Positions 63,481-64,000 of a DNA stretch of 64,000 bases are shown piece by piece; the first letter of the stretch is position 1, and each line of letters begins with the position of its first letter. The stretch is from Eledone cirrhosa (taxonomy: Eukaryota). The stretch is taken from the NCBI GenBank assembly GCA_964016885.1, contig OZ024743.1:130696001-130760000 (forward strand), read 5' to 3'. The translations under genes were made by a program, and so were the position numbers. The notes under the pieces are model-generated. The model ran no database searches and was not told the DNA's origin. It was given only the letters and a program-made list of their open reading frames with translations.

Positions 63481-64000
63481 TTGGTGCTTGGTGCCTGGTG
63501 CTTGGTGCTTGGTGCTTGTTGTTTGGTGCTTGGTGCTTGGTGATTAGTGTTTGGTGCTTGGTCCTTGGGGTTTGCTGTTTGGTGCGTGGAGCTTGGTATT
63601 TGGTGCTTGGTGCTTGGTGTTTGGTGTTTGGTGCTTGGGGTTTGGTGTTTGGTGCTTGGTGCTTGGTGTTTGGTGCTTGGTGCTTGGTGTTTGGTGCTTG
63701 GTGCTTTGTGTTTGGTGCTTGGTGTTTGGTGCTTGGTGCTTGGTGCTTGGTGCTTGGTGTTAGGTGTTTGGTGCTTGGTGATTGGTGTTTGATGTTAGGT
63801 TCTTGGTGCTTGGTGTTTGGTGTTTGGTGCTTGGTACTTGGTGTTTGGTGTTTGGTGGTTGCTGCTTGGTGCTTGGTGTTTTGTGTTTGGTGTTTGGTGC
63901 TTGGTGTTTGGTGCTTCGGTCTTGGTGTTTGGTGTTTGGTGATTGCTGCTTGTTGCTTGGTGTTTGGTGCTTGGTGCTTGGTGATTAGTGTTTGTTGATT

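Larger units (their letters stand above)
1..64000 (+). repeat. Heptameric satellite array (TTGGTGY)n, about 9,140 head-to-tail units, running off both window ends
   Basis: Direct reading: every line parses into TTGGTGC or TTGGTGT units or 1-3-nt variants (TTGCTGT, TTGATGT, TTAGTGT, CTGGTGC, TGCGTGC, TTGGAGT and others). All three frames on each strand translate to the same 7-aa periodic peptide, as expected for a 7-nt period. Confidence 0.99.

Noticed and set aside
10-63998. Hundreds of plus-strand ORFs (WCLVLGA/WCLVFGV repeats) resembling membrane proteins
   Set aside because: They overlap in all three frames with the same peptide, mostly begin at TTG/GTG within the repeat, and contain no unique domain. 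They are artefacts of the 7-nt period.
1-64000. CRISPR array or other repeat-spacer system
   Set aside because: No unique spacers. All sequence between landmark motifs is the same heptamer, and there are no cas or other genes.
1-64000. Canonical telomere repeats (TTAGGG, TTTAGGG, TTAGG, TTGGGG)
   Set aside because: TTAGG, CTAGGG and TTGGGG occur only as isolated point variants of TTGGTGY, never as tandem runs.
1-64000. Bacterial short tandem heptamer repeats (cyanobacterial STRR-like)
   Set aside because: Those arrays are short and lie between or within genes. A gene-free array of at least 64 kb with kb-scale higher-order structure does not fit, although the host taxon cannot be proven from this window.
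1-64000. Pure sequencing or simulation artefact (noisy reads of a perfect repeat)
   Set aside because: Rare variants and 1-bp indels recur in the same order in multiple distant copies with nested divergence levels, which random error would not produce. Local misassembly of copy number remains possible.

Overview
The whole 64-kb window is one uninterrupted, single-orientation tandem array of a 7-bp unit, TTGGTGY (TTGGTGC and TTGGTGT mixed; RCACCAA on the minus strand), about 9,140 units. I found no unique sequence, gene, RNA gene, transposon or CRISPR array. Every ORF in the track is a by-product of reading a stop-free heptamer (WCLVLGA/WCLVFGV on +, TKHQAPS/TKHQTPN on -). The array is not random. 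Point-variant units occur in a conserved order and reveal nested higher-order repeats (HORs): an old ~1.1-1.3-kb variant cassette, a ~7-kb triplication (about 6.4-28.1 kb), a shuffled mosaic zone (about 28-42 kb), and near-identical recent tandem duplications of about 1.9, 2.68, 3.5 and 3.6 kb. One length-neutral replacement tract looks like gene conversion. The best interpretation (inference) is a eukaryotic heptameric satellite of centromeric, pericentromeric or subtelomeric type. I cannot identify the organism or a named satellite family, and I see no evidence for a protein-coding system. All offsets were derived by hand from matching ORFs and landmark variants, so boundaries are approximate.
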